Source: Thermodesulfobacteriota bacterium | GTDB lineage: Bacteria; Desulfobacterota; Desulfobacteria; Desulfobacterales; SURF-7 | Direction of reading: 5' to 3' | DNA length: 64,000 bases | NCBI GenBank assembly: GCA_049320885.1 | Contig: JBMORA010000009.1 | Location: 32,001 to 96,000 of the forward strand | Part shown: piece by piece, positions 56,081 through 64,000 of the stretch | How the letters are laid out: each line of letters opens with the position of its first letter | How positions within the stretch are numbered: the first letter of the stretch is position 1 | The notes under the pieces: model-generated | Told to the model about the DNA's origin: nothing | Database searches by the model: none | What the model saw: only the letters and a program-made list of their open reading frames with translations | Translations under genes and position numbers: made by a program

Positions 56081-56779
56081 TCAGCCCTCGGTCGGTTTCT
56101 GCCGCGGTTCCGTATCGGTCTTTTTTTTACTCAGCCCTTGTTTCCGGATGGCTTCCTCGCAGAGGGTCATATAGCGCAGCGCTGTTTGATGCAACCCAAC
56201 ATCGGGGTAATCCGTAATCACCGACTTGAAACGATGCATGGCTGCCTGGTAGCGCTTTTCGTTATAATAGAAAAGACCGACGTAGATTTCGTTGCCTGTC
56301 AGGTTTTTTAAACAGACCTTCCGGTGTTCCTGGGCGCGGATGGAATAGGGATCTCGCGGATAGCTTTTCATCAGCCGGTCGAAGGTCTCCAGCGCTTTTT
56401 GAGCCGTACTCTGATCCCTGTCGATGGTGTCCACCTGGACAAAATAGCAATATCCGATCTGATAGATCACATACGGAGTGTTCTCGTTGGTGGGATGGAG
56501 GTTTTCAAATTCCTCGTAGGCCAGAATCGCGTCCGTATATTCCTCGATTTCAAAATGGGCATCGGCGATTTTCAATTCCGCCTCCGTGGCGTATTTGCTG
56601 AACGGATACCAGTCTTTTAATCGCTTATACGAATCGATGGCCTTTTTATAGCGTTCGGACGCGAAGTATTCCTTTCCCTCTTGGGCAAGTTCTTCGGCGG
56701 ATTTATCCGGCTCGGTTTGAAACCAGGAACAACCGGCCATGCTGAAGAGGACCAGAATGATGAAAAACGCTTTTTTCAT
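56081..56779 (-). CDS. bamD: Outer membrane protein assembly lipoprotein BamD
   Basis: Lipobox MAGC and TPR repeats. YPFSKYA..AELKIADA, F..LHP and DRDQ motifs. Confidence 0.9.
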   Translation of the reverse strand: MKKAFFIILVLFSMAGCSWFQTEPDKSAEELAQEGKEYFASERYKKAIDSYKRLKDWYPFSKYATEAELKIADAHFEIEEYTDAILAYEEFENLHPTNENTPYVIYQIGYCYFVQVDTIDRDQSTAQKALETFDRLMKSYPRDPYSIRAQEHRKVCLKNLTGNEIYVGLFYYNEKRYQAAMHRFKSVITDYPDVGLHQTALRYMTLCEEAIRKQGLSKKKTDTEPRQKPTEG

Positions 56780-57705
56780 GGGGTCATGTTTTCAAGATAA
56801 TGTTCCGCCGAGGAAACGGCGATGGCGGCGTCTCCCACAGCGGTGGCGATTTGCCGCAACGGTGTATTGCGGACATCCCCGGCGGCGTAAACGCCAGGAA
56901 CGGATGTTTCCATGCGTGCATTGGCTTCGATGAATCCATACTCATCGCATTCGATGGCGCCGCCAATGAATTCCGTATTCGGGGTAATGCCGATCCAGAT
57001 AAAACAACCGTCGACCCTGATTGATGATGCCGCGCCGGTTTTGACATTCCGCAATTCAATCTTTTCAACATCCTTTTGGCCAACAATATCGGTGATGACG
57101 CTGTCCCAGACGACTTCAATTTTATCGTTTGCAAAAGCGCGTTCCTGGAGAATTTTGGCGGCCCGCAGCTTGTCGCGGCGATGGATCAAGTATACCTTGC
57201 GGGCGAATTTGGTCAGATACTGGCTTTCCTGGACAGCTGTATCGCCGCCACCCACCGCTGCAACGATCTTGTCCTTGAAAAAGGGGCCGTCACAGGTTCC
57301 GCAAAAAGAAACCCCGCGCCCATAAAATCTATCCTCACCGGGAATTCCCAGCCGTTTGGGGGCTGCTCCGGAAGCGATGATAATCGTGGGTGTTGATATC
57401 TCCCGGTCACTCAATCGGATTTTTTTAATCGGTCCGCTCAGATCAAGCGACAGGACTTCATTTGACTCGATGGGCAACTGAAACCGTTTGGCCTGGTCCG
57501 TCATGCGCTGAACCAGTTCGGCTCCGGTCAATCCCTCTGGAAATCCGGGATAGTTTTCCACCCAATCCGTGACGAGGATCTGTCCGCCGGGAACAATTTT
57601 TTCCACCAGCAACGTATTCAGTCTTGCACGGGCTGCATATAAACCGGCTGTAAGGCCTGCCGGGCCACCGCCGATAATGACGAGGTCATGGTCGAATTGC
57701 TTCAT
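56776..57705 (-). CDS. trxB: Thioredoxin-disulfide reductase
   Basis: GGGPAG, ENYPGF, GVSFCGTCDG, VGGGDTA, HRRD and AAGDV motifs. Confidence 0.96.
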   Translation of the reverse strand: MKQFDHDLVIIGGGPAGLTAGLYAARARLNTLLVEKIVPGGQILVTDWVENYPGFPEGLTGAELVQRMTDQAKRFQLPIESNEVLSLDLSGPIKKIRLSDREISTPTIIIASGAAPKRLGIPGEDRFYGRGVSFCGTCDGPFFKDKIVAAVGGGDTAVQESQYLTKFARKVYLIHRRDKLRAAKILQERAFANDKIEVVWDSVITDIVGQKDVEKIELRNVKTGAASSIRVDGCFIWIGITPNTEFIGGAIECDEYGFIEANARMETSVPGVYAAGDVRNTPLRQIATAVGDAAIAVSSAEHYLENMTP

Positions 57706-57717
57706 CCGGTTTCGCCC

Positions 57718-58044
57718 CTACACCATTTTTTTTATTGTTTCTTCGAGTTTTGATTTGGTAGTGATGCCAACTATTTGTTCGAATACTTTGCCGTCTTTAA
57801 AGAAAATAAGGGTAGGAATGGATTTGATTTCAAATTTGGCTGGTGTCACCGGATTGTCATCCACGTTGCATTTCATGATCTTGATCTTGTCACCGAATGA
57901 TTTGCTCAGGTCCTCCAAAACCGGCGCCATTGCGCGGCAGGGCCCACACCAGGGCGCCCAAAAATCAACCAGGACAGGTTGCTGGGATTTCATTACATCT
58001 GTTTCAAAGCGACTGTCGTCAATTTCTATGATTCCTGCGGCCAT
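57718..58044 (-). CDS. trxA: Thioredoxin
   Basis: VDFWAPWCGPC and SIPTL motifs. Confidence 0.97.
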   Translation of the reverse strand: MAAGIIEIDDSRFETDVMKSQQPVLVDFWAPWCGPCRAMAPVLEDLSKSFGDKIKIMKCNVDDNPVTPAKFEIKSIPTLIFFKDGKVFEQIVGITTKSKLEETIKKMV

Positions 58045-58299
58045 GTTTTATTTCCTTTCATGAATTGTATGGGGTGTAGCGTGCATGAATATATAAATGT
58101 GTTCATGTCTTGTCAACCTCCAGCCTGTATTCTTGGTTTTTTTGGCGCCGGCTTGATGCCATATCGGCATGGGATGATAAAGGCCTGGCTGGTGTCCACC
58201 CTGGGTCAAAGTGGGTCTGCTATATGTTGCGTTATTTGTAACGTTGTGATAGGTATGGATGCATGTTGGATGATGATATCCGTACAGGAGGGGAAGCGC

Positions 58300-58794
58300 A
58301 TGGAGGGAACGGAAAGGGTGCTGGCAGAAAAAATGAAAGCTCGCCTTGCCGGTGAGCGGGATCGCCAGCGCCGATGGCGTTCGCGGCAGAAAGAGCGGGG
58401 TTGTAAGTCGGTGGCTGGAATGATTTCGTCGGTTGCGTATGCCCTGCTGATGGAGGAGAAAAAGCGTACGGGTGAGCGGCTATCCGATATTTTGGAACGG
58501 GCGATCATGGGCCTTTGCGGAAAGGGGAAGAATAACGTTTTGAATAACGTTATTAGTAATGAAGCCCCTGGTGTTGAGCCCACAGTGAAAAATCAACCGG
58601 ATCAACTGGCGGAGATCATTTCGAAAATTGAAAACATGAGAATCGACCAAAGACTTCCGTTCAATGAGATCGCCCGGCGGTTGAATGAATCCGGATTCCA
58701 GGCACCTGACGGACAGGGCCTTTGGGAGGGCCGGCTGGTATATCAGCTGCTGAAGAAGCTGGAGATCGATGATAAGCCTGTCGACCTCGGCTGA
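58300..58794 (+). CDS. Hypothetical DNA-binding protein (RHH-like N-terminus + recombinase-type HTH C-terminus)
   Basis: AGGAGG RBS. RQRRWRSRQKERG...LSDILERAI. PFNEIARRLNESGFQAPDGQGLW resembles the serine-recombinase DNA-binding motif. Confidence 0.6.
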   Translation: MEGTERVLAEKMKARLAGERDRQRRWRSRQKERGCKSVAGMISSVAYALLMEEKKRTGERLSDILERAIMGLCGKGKNNVLNNVISNEAPGVEPTVKNQPDQLAEIISKIENMRIDQRLPFNEIARRLNESGFQAPDGQGLWEGRLVYQLLKKLEIDDKPVDLG

Positions 58795-59019
58795 TAACCC
58801 TTCCGCGGGATTGGCCGGAAACGCAATATCATACATTCCATGTACCCCCGGCATGCAAGATATGTCTGTTTGTTCGTGGGCGCCAACCGGAAACGGAGGC
58901 GGTCGCTAAAAAAAATTATGATAAAATACAAATATATATAACTATATTCATCTCCGTGGCACAATCCTTGTTATCTGGGAAAAGCATGTGGACTGCCATC
59001 TGGATGAAGGAGGGTTGAA

Positions 59020-59133
59020 ATGAAAATTCGCACGGAAATTATCAGGGATTTTGATGAAATCATGGCAGAATTGGCGTTGGTTCTTGAGCAGCTCGGTTCC
59101 AGGTTTATCGGCATGGACTGGTTGCCCTGCTGA
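59020..59133 (+). CDS. Putative 37-aa small protein (absent from the ORF track)
   Basis: AAGGAGG RBS. Sequence MKIRTEIIRDFDEIMAELALVLEQLGSRFIGMDWLPC*. Sigma-54-like site at 58957. Confidence 0.45.
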   Translation: MKIRTEIIRDFDEIMAELALVLEQLGSRFIGMDWLPC

Positions 59134-59534
59134 ACGGCGCCATATCGCCAAGCCGTCACCGCACCCCAGCAGCCGGCGGTAGAAACCGCCGGCACTGCCA
59201 ATCTGCCCGCAAATGCAAACATTCCATTTGAAGGTTGTGGAAGACTATTGGATATGCACCGTTTCATCCATACGACTCCGTTTGGCCGGCAGAGGCGGAG
59301 TGTCCAATGATATGGGACGGAACAGCCGATCACCGGCGGACCGAAAGCGCCGGGCGCTAGGATGGCGCGCCCTGTTTGGTTTGAGGTGTATTCGGTTCTT
59401 GAAGGATTGAAAAATCATCCCGGCTCTGCTATTCATATCCGCAAATTTGTCAGAAACATCCGGACGCCTTTGTGTCATTTCGCAGAAGAACAGCGGATGC
59501 AGGCGCTTCGGTGAAAAACAACCATCTTGGAAAA

Positions 59535-60212
59535 ATGGATAAAATGGATAAGCAACCGTCCAATGCCGCCATATCCAGAAGCGCGCTGAGAAGACAGCGT
59601 GAAAAAGAATTGCGCTATCAGACGATATTGAGAGCTGCCGAATCCCTGTTCTCGAAAAACGGTTACCACCAGACCAGCATGGAACAGATAGCGGATCAGG
59701 CCGAGGTTTCAACCGGTTCGGTATATTTTTACTTCAAAAACAAGGCGGATCTGCTCGTTCATTTGTTGACCGAAATCGGTGATTTTTTACGAAAACTCGT
59801 GGGAACGGAATTCCGGAAATTCGATTCTAGCATGGAAGGGTTCAAGTCGGCGGGGCTTGTTTTTTTCCGGGAGTTCTGCCTGCAACATCCGGAGAAAGTC
59901 GCCATTCTGTTTCGGGAATCCACCGGTCAAAGCGTTGAAGTGGAAGAACTGCGGAAAAAATTATTTGATCAGTTGACAACAGATATCCGGAATGCCTTGG
60001 TGCAAATCATCATGCGGCGCACAACGGATTTCAGCGCCCGACTTTCCGTCGAAGTCATGGCGGTTTGCATTGTCGGCATTTATGAGCGGGTGGGGTATCA
60101 TTATCTGCTGTGGCAGAACCGTTCCGAAGATATTCTGACAATTGGCGAGGATGCCGTTGCTTTTATCATCGGCGGGGTCGAAAAGCTGATTGAGGAGACC
60201 TCCTTGGTTTAA
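59535..60212 (+). CDS. TetR/AcrR family transcriptional regulator
   Basis: ILRAAESLFSKNGYHQTSMEQIADQAEVSTGSVYFYFKNK HTH. Confidence 0.93.
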   Translation: MDKMDKQPSNAAISRSALRRQREKELRYQTILRAAESLFSKNGYHQTSMEQIADQAEVSTGSVYFYFKNKADLLVHLLTEIGDFLRKLVGTEFRKFDSSMEGFKSAGLVFFREFCLQHPEKVAILFRESTGQSVEVEELRKKLFDQLTTDIRNALVQIIMRRTTDFSARLSVEVMAVCIVGIYERVGYHYLLWQNRSEDILTIGEDAVAFIIGGVEKLIEETSLV

Positions 60213-60599
60213 TATCGATATTGCTGAGACAAGTCTCGGCCGTATCCGATAAAATTCCCGTTCTTGCCCCGAAAAATCCGACTGCGCCGCTATTTTCCAA
60301 CCCGAAATTACCGCCTGGAAATGAAATGATTCTGATGGAGCGTCCCGATAAATAGGACGTGCGTCCTGTCTTGCAGGACAGCTGCTGCGGCATCCCGGAT
60401 GCCGAAGGGTCCAGGCAGACCTGGATTAAATATAACAATTTGAAAAGTAAAGATAAAATACAAACGTCCCGGATGTCAAAATTTTGGCAAGGAAATTGAA
60501 TATCTCTCGAAGCAGTTCGGCAGGAACGGCGTGCGGTCGATAATATGGTTGGAGGCGGTTCGCCTACCAGCAACCCAAACCTTCGGAGGAGGTACGAGA

Positions 60600-61178
60600 A
60601 TGTTCTTCAAAAAATTGTTCATGGACAACACTGGCTCTCTTTCCTACCTGATTGGCTGCACCGAAACGAAAACGGCATGCGTAGTTGATCCCAAACGGGG
60701 TGTTCATGAATATATCCATGCCGCAATGGCGCATGGAATGAAGATCACCCATATTTTCGATACCCGCAGCCACGCCCGGAATCTGAAAGTCAACATGGAA
60801 TTGAAACTGCGGACCGGTGCCGAAATCTATTATCTGAATTCACCGGAGCTGGCTACCCACCAGGTTGTTAAAGAGGGAGACGAGTTCCGCTTCGGCAGCG
60901 CCCTTGTGAAGGTCATCAACAGTCCCTGTCACAATCCTTTCGGCAATTCCATACTGGTTGCCGATATCTCGAGCAATACCGAACCATGGATGATTCTGCA
61001 CCCGGACAGTCTTTTCATTGGCGATCTGGACCGGCGGTCGAATTTGACGGGGGACGCCCTTTCCGGTGCGGTTTCGCATTATCTGGATCAGCATGAGCAT
61101 CATTATGGCGGGATACCGGGCAATCCGGGCTATGGAAAATATGGCGACATGGACCTGAACCATCAATACGCCATGTAG
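60600..61178 (+). CDS. Metallo-beta-lactamase-fold (persulfide dioxygenase/glyoxalase II-like) protein with degenerate metal site
   Basis: GGAGG RBS. SYLIGC, VVDP and ITHIFDT motifs. The canonical THxHxDH is replaced by TRSHARN. Confidence 0.75.
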   Translation: MFFKKLFMDNTGSLSYLIGCTETKTACVVDPKRGVHEYIHAAMAHGMKITHIFDTRSHARNLKVNMELKLRTGAEIYYLNSPELATHQVVKEGDEFRFGSALVKVINSPCHNPFGNSILVADISSNTEPWMILHPDSLFIGDLDRRSNLTGDALSGAVSHYLDQHEHHYGGIPGNPGYGKYGDMDLNHQYAM

Positions 61179-61186
61179 CATGCTTT

Positions 61187-63721
61187 TTATTGTCCAGGCC
61201 GCTTCTTTTCTAGAATTTTTCTGATTTCCCGGGAAAGCTGGCTCATATTGAAGGGTTTCGGAATAAAGCCGTCGCAGCCGTTTTCCAGCAAAGTGGCCGC
61301 CGTTCCATCAATGCCGTATCCGCTTGAAAGCAGAATCCGGGCTTGCGGATGGATGAGCTTGAGACGCTCGTAAACTGATCTCCCATCCATATCCGGCATG
61401 ATAATGTCCAGGATAACCAGGTCGATTTTTTTGTATTGCTGTTGAAATTTTTCGATGGCCATTCGGCCGCCTCTGGCCAGAATGACCTGATAACCCATTT
61501 CTTTGAGCATCAACTCCCCGATTTTAACCACCATGTCCTCATCGTCCACCAGCATGATGGTTTCTGATCCGGCCTCCCAATCTTCATCCGGCGATTTTAC
61601 GGAAATAGACTCTTTTTCACTGGCGATAAAAAAAATGTTGAAGGTGGTGCCTCGGCCTTTTTCGCTCTGCACATGAATAAAGCCCCCATGCCGGCGAATG
61701 ATGCCGTATGCTGAAGCCAGCCCCAAACCGGTGCCTTCGCCTTCTTCCTTGGTGGTGAAAAAAGGCTCGAATATCTTTACGCGCACGCTTTCATCCATTC
61801 CCATACCGGTATCGGTAATGGAAACTCTCACGTAGGGGCCGGGAGCCGCCTTGTAGGCCTCGACTTTGGGCGGCGTTAAAATGACATTTTCGGTGGCCAG
61901 ATACAGATCTCCGCATTCATTCATCGCCTGACGGGCATTGATGAACAGATTCAGCAACACCAGTTCGACCTGTCCGTGATCCACCTCCACTGTCCAAATA
62001 TTTTTCTGGAAGTATTTGTGGATTTTAATACCTTTACAGGTGCGCGCGAACATGTGAGCGGTCTTGTCGATAATATCGTTCATATTGGATGGTTTGACAA
62101 GATAATGGCCAGCTCTGGCGAACCCGAGGAGCTGGCGTGTAAGGTTCGCCCCGTTTTCAACACTTTGCGAAATACTCTTCATTTCATCCTGATAAGGGTA
62201 ACCATGATCCCGATCCAATAAAATAAAGGAGACATTCCCCTGGATGACTTGGAGTAGATTGTTGAAATTATGGGCAATACCGCCAGCAAGGGTTCCAAGT
62301 GCTTCCATTCTTTGGGCTTTATAGAATTCTTCCTCCATTTTTTTATGGTGGGTGATATCCCTGAGAAAATGGAGCATCGCCGGTTCCCCTTCCCAGGATA
62401 TTTTAGCCGCATTCAGTTCGGCCCACATGATCTCGCCTTCCTTGTTCAATAAGCGGAAAGAAAAAACCTGCAGGGACTGCGGATCCTTTTCCACCGAGCG
62501 CAGACGGCTTTCGACAACCTCGCGGTCATCGGGGTGAATGAAGGAAAAAAAGGGCTCACGATCAAGGGCGAGGGATAAACGGCTTCCAATATGCGCGGTG
62601 ACCGAATTGGCGAATTTAATCTTGCCATCCTGGATAATAAAGATGGCCTCGCTGGCGTTTTCAACCAGCATGCGATATTTTTCCTCCGATTCCCTCAAGG
62701 CGGCGTCGGCCCTTTTTTCCTCTGTTATGTCCCTGAAATGTTCAACAATCTGTGTGATTTCCCCATTATCGTTGACCACCGGATAGGCCCGGGCGTCCAG
62801 CCAGACCCCCGGGTCGTCCATGTATTTGACGACCCGGGCCGGTTTTTTGGTCCGCTGGACTTCCAGGGCCGCGCATTGTTCGCACGGCGAGTTTCTTCGA
62901 ATCAGTTCATAGCATTTCCGACCCACAAGACTCGATGTTCCAGATGACAGAAACCGAGTTCCGGCCTGGTTATACCGGATAATCGTTTTATCCGTCCCGT
63001 GCACCCCCAACACATCCGGGATTGCATTGAATACGGTTTCGAGTAAAACGCTGGTTTCCCTCAGCTGGGTCTCGGTTTTTTTCCGGAGTTCCTCTGATCG
63101 GTTGCGGTCTTCGATTTCTTTTTTCAGCTGCCGGTTGGAGTCCATCAGTTCCGCTGTGCGGTCACCGACGAGATTCTCTAAATGATTGCGGTATGTTTTT
63201 AATTCCGCTGCTACTATCCGGTGCTCTTCGATTTTTTCCTGAAGCGCCTGATTGGTAAGTTCAAGATGGTGCTTTTCATCGCGCAGACGGTTAATGTAGT
63301 TTTCGTTGCTTTTTCTGAGGGTGGATGACAAGGCGCGCATGATGGCGAGGGAAATGGTGAATCTCCGTTCAATGAAAGCGGCAAAATCATGTTGAAAAAC
63401 CGATAACAAGCGGGCGGCATGCCCTTCAACCACGGCCGTGGCGCTGCGCGGCCGCTGATCAATCAGGGCCATTTCACCGAACATGTCACCGGGCGCAAGC
63501 AAGGTGAGGGTATACGGCTGGGGTCCGCCATGGTTTTTCCAGATTCTTACTTCGCCTTCCACGATGATATAAACCCGGTCGCCGATTTCGCCTTCGCGGA
63601 AGATAACAGTTTCCTGCTCAAACCGTTCTTCATGACAGGCCGCGCAAATGGCGGTTATATCGTCGGGGGGAAGCGATTTGAAAAAGGGTATGTTTCGTAA
63701 AAATTGGTGAATGCTGTCCAT
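61187..63721 (-). CDS. Hybrid sensor histidine kinase: cNMP-binding - coiled coil - 2xPAS - HisKA - HATPase - REC
   Basis: [19 protein letters not shown] segments, [22 protein letters not shown], and LVDDE...LDIIMP...KPF. Confidence 0.93.
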   Translation of the reverse strand: MDSIHQFLRNIPFFKSLPPDDITAICAACHEERFEQETVIFREGEIGDRVYIIVEGEVRIWKNHGGPQPYTLTLLAPGDMFGEMALIDQRPRSATAVVEGHAARLLSVFQHDFAAFIERRFTISLAIMRALSSTLRKSNENYINRLRDEKHHLELTNQALQEKIEEHRIVAAELKTYRNHLENLVGDRTAELMDSNRQLKKEIEDRNRSEELRKKTETQLRETSVLLETVFNAIPDVLGVHGTDKTIIRYNQAGTRFLSSGTSSLVGRKCYELIRRNSPCEQCAALEVQRTKKPARVVKYMDDPGVWLDARAYPVVNDNGEITQIVEHFRDITEEKRADAALRESEEKYRMLVENASEAIFIIQDGKIKFANSVTAHIGSRLSLALDREPFFSFIHPDDREVVESRLRSVEKDPQSLQVFSFRLLNKEGEIMWAELNAAKISWEGEPAMLHFLRDITHHKKMEEEFYKAQRMEALGTLAGGIAHNFNNLLQVIQGNVSFILLDRDHGYPYQDEMKSISQSVENGANLTRQLLGFARAGHYLVKPSNMNDIIDKTAHMFARTCKGIKIHKYFQKNIWTVEVDHGQVELVLLNLFINARQAMNECGDLYLATENVILTPPKVEAYKAAPGPYVRVSITDTGMGMDESVRVKIFEPFFTTKEEGEGTGLGLASAYGIIRRHGGFIHVQSEKGRGTTFNIFFIASEKESISVKSPDEDWEAGSETIMLVDDEDMVVKIGELMLKEMGYQVILARGGRMAIEKFQQQYKKIDLVILDIIMPDMDGRSVYERLKLIHPQARILLSSGYGIDGTAATLLENGCDGFIPKPFNMSQLSREIRKILEKKRPGQ

Positions 63722-63727
63722 GTGCTG

Positions 63728-64000
63728 TTATCCTAATTCGTGTTCCCTTTTAAGTATCAGGGCGGTGCGGGAAGGAAGGTAAAGCCGGATTTGATGATCA
63801 GCCGCATTTCCGGTCTTGGCAGGCTGAGTGAAATGGATTTGATCCATCATCAAGCGGTTGTGTCCTCCATAGGCAGGTCTGTCCGAGTCAAAGATCATCC
63901 GGTATTTCCCTGGGGCCAGCCGTATGGCGTAATCCGTATGAGAAGCTGTCGGATGGAAGCAGAAAACAAACAACAGGCCGCCGCGCTCGAAAGCAAGCAC
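63728..64000 (-). CDS. glgB: C-terminal end of 1,4-alpha-glucan branching enzyme (partial)
   Basis: LAFERGGLLFVF.FHPT.S.TDY...PGKY....DSD...YGG..R...LYLPSRTA is typical of the branching-enzyme C-terminal domain. Confidence 0.8.
   Translation of the reverse strand: MLAFERGGLLFVFCFHPTASHTDYAIRLAPGKYRMIFDSDRPAYGGHNRLMMDQIHFTQPAKTGNAADHQIRLYLPSRTALILKREHELG

Noticed and set aside
1..64000. CRISPR arrays, tRNA/rRNA genes, transposases, integron integrase
   Set aside because: No regularly spaced direct repeats, structural RNA signatures, or DDE/tyrosine-recombinase ORFs were recognised by eye.

Overview
64-kb chromosomal segment of a GC-rich bacterium. Gene content and protein style suggest a Desulfobacterota/Desulfobacterales-like anaerobe (inference). 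Positions 1-9.4 kb hold a cluster of exported proteins that looks like a cohesin-dockerin, cellulosome-style surface-display system. It has four large carbohydrate-active-like proteins sharing a C-terminal single-EF-hand mini-dockerin tail, a cohesin-like + two-repeat dockerin adaptor, a paralogous cohesin-like protein ending in a Cys-Phe-Ile sorting tail, and a VPLPA/PEP-CTERM protein. An M16 peptidase / FGE-domain / NTAQ1-like operon follows, then mostly housekeeping genes (TatD, nfnAB, thiD, ThiE-like::thiL fusion, frameshifted prfB, lnt, ispG-proS-rel, rpmB, bamD-trxB-trxA, partial glgB). There is also an ECF sigma/anti-sigma/DUF3106 operon and several sigma-54 promoters. A small accessory patch at about 36.7-38.35 kb reads as an integron-cassette relic: hicBA pseudogenes, an attC site, an AT-rich nhaA cassette, and a group IIC-attC intron 3' end at the next attC. 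No rRNA, tRNA, CRISPR array, transposase or integrase was recognised. All family assignments are by-eye motif recognition, not database searches.
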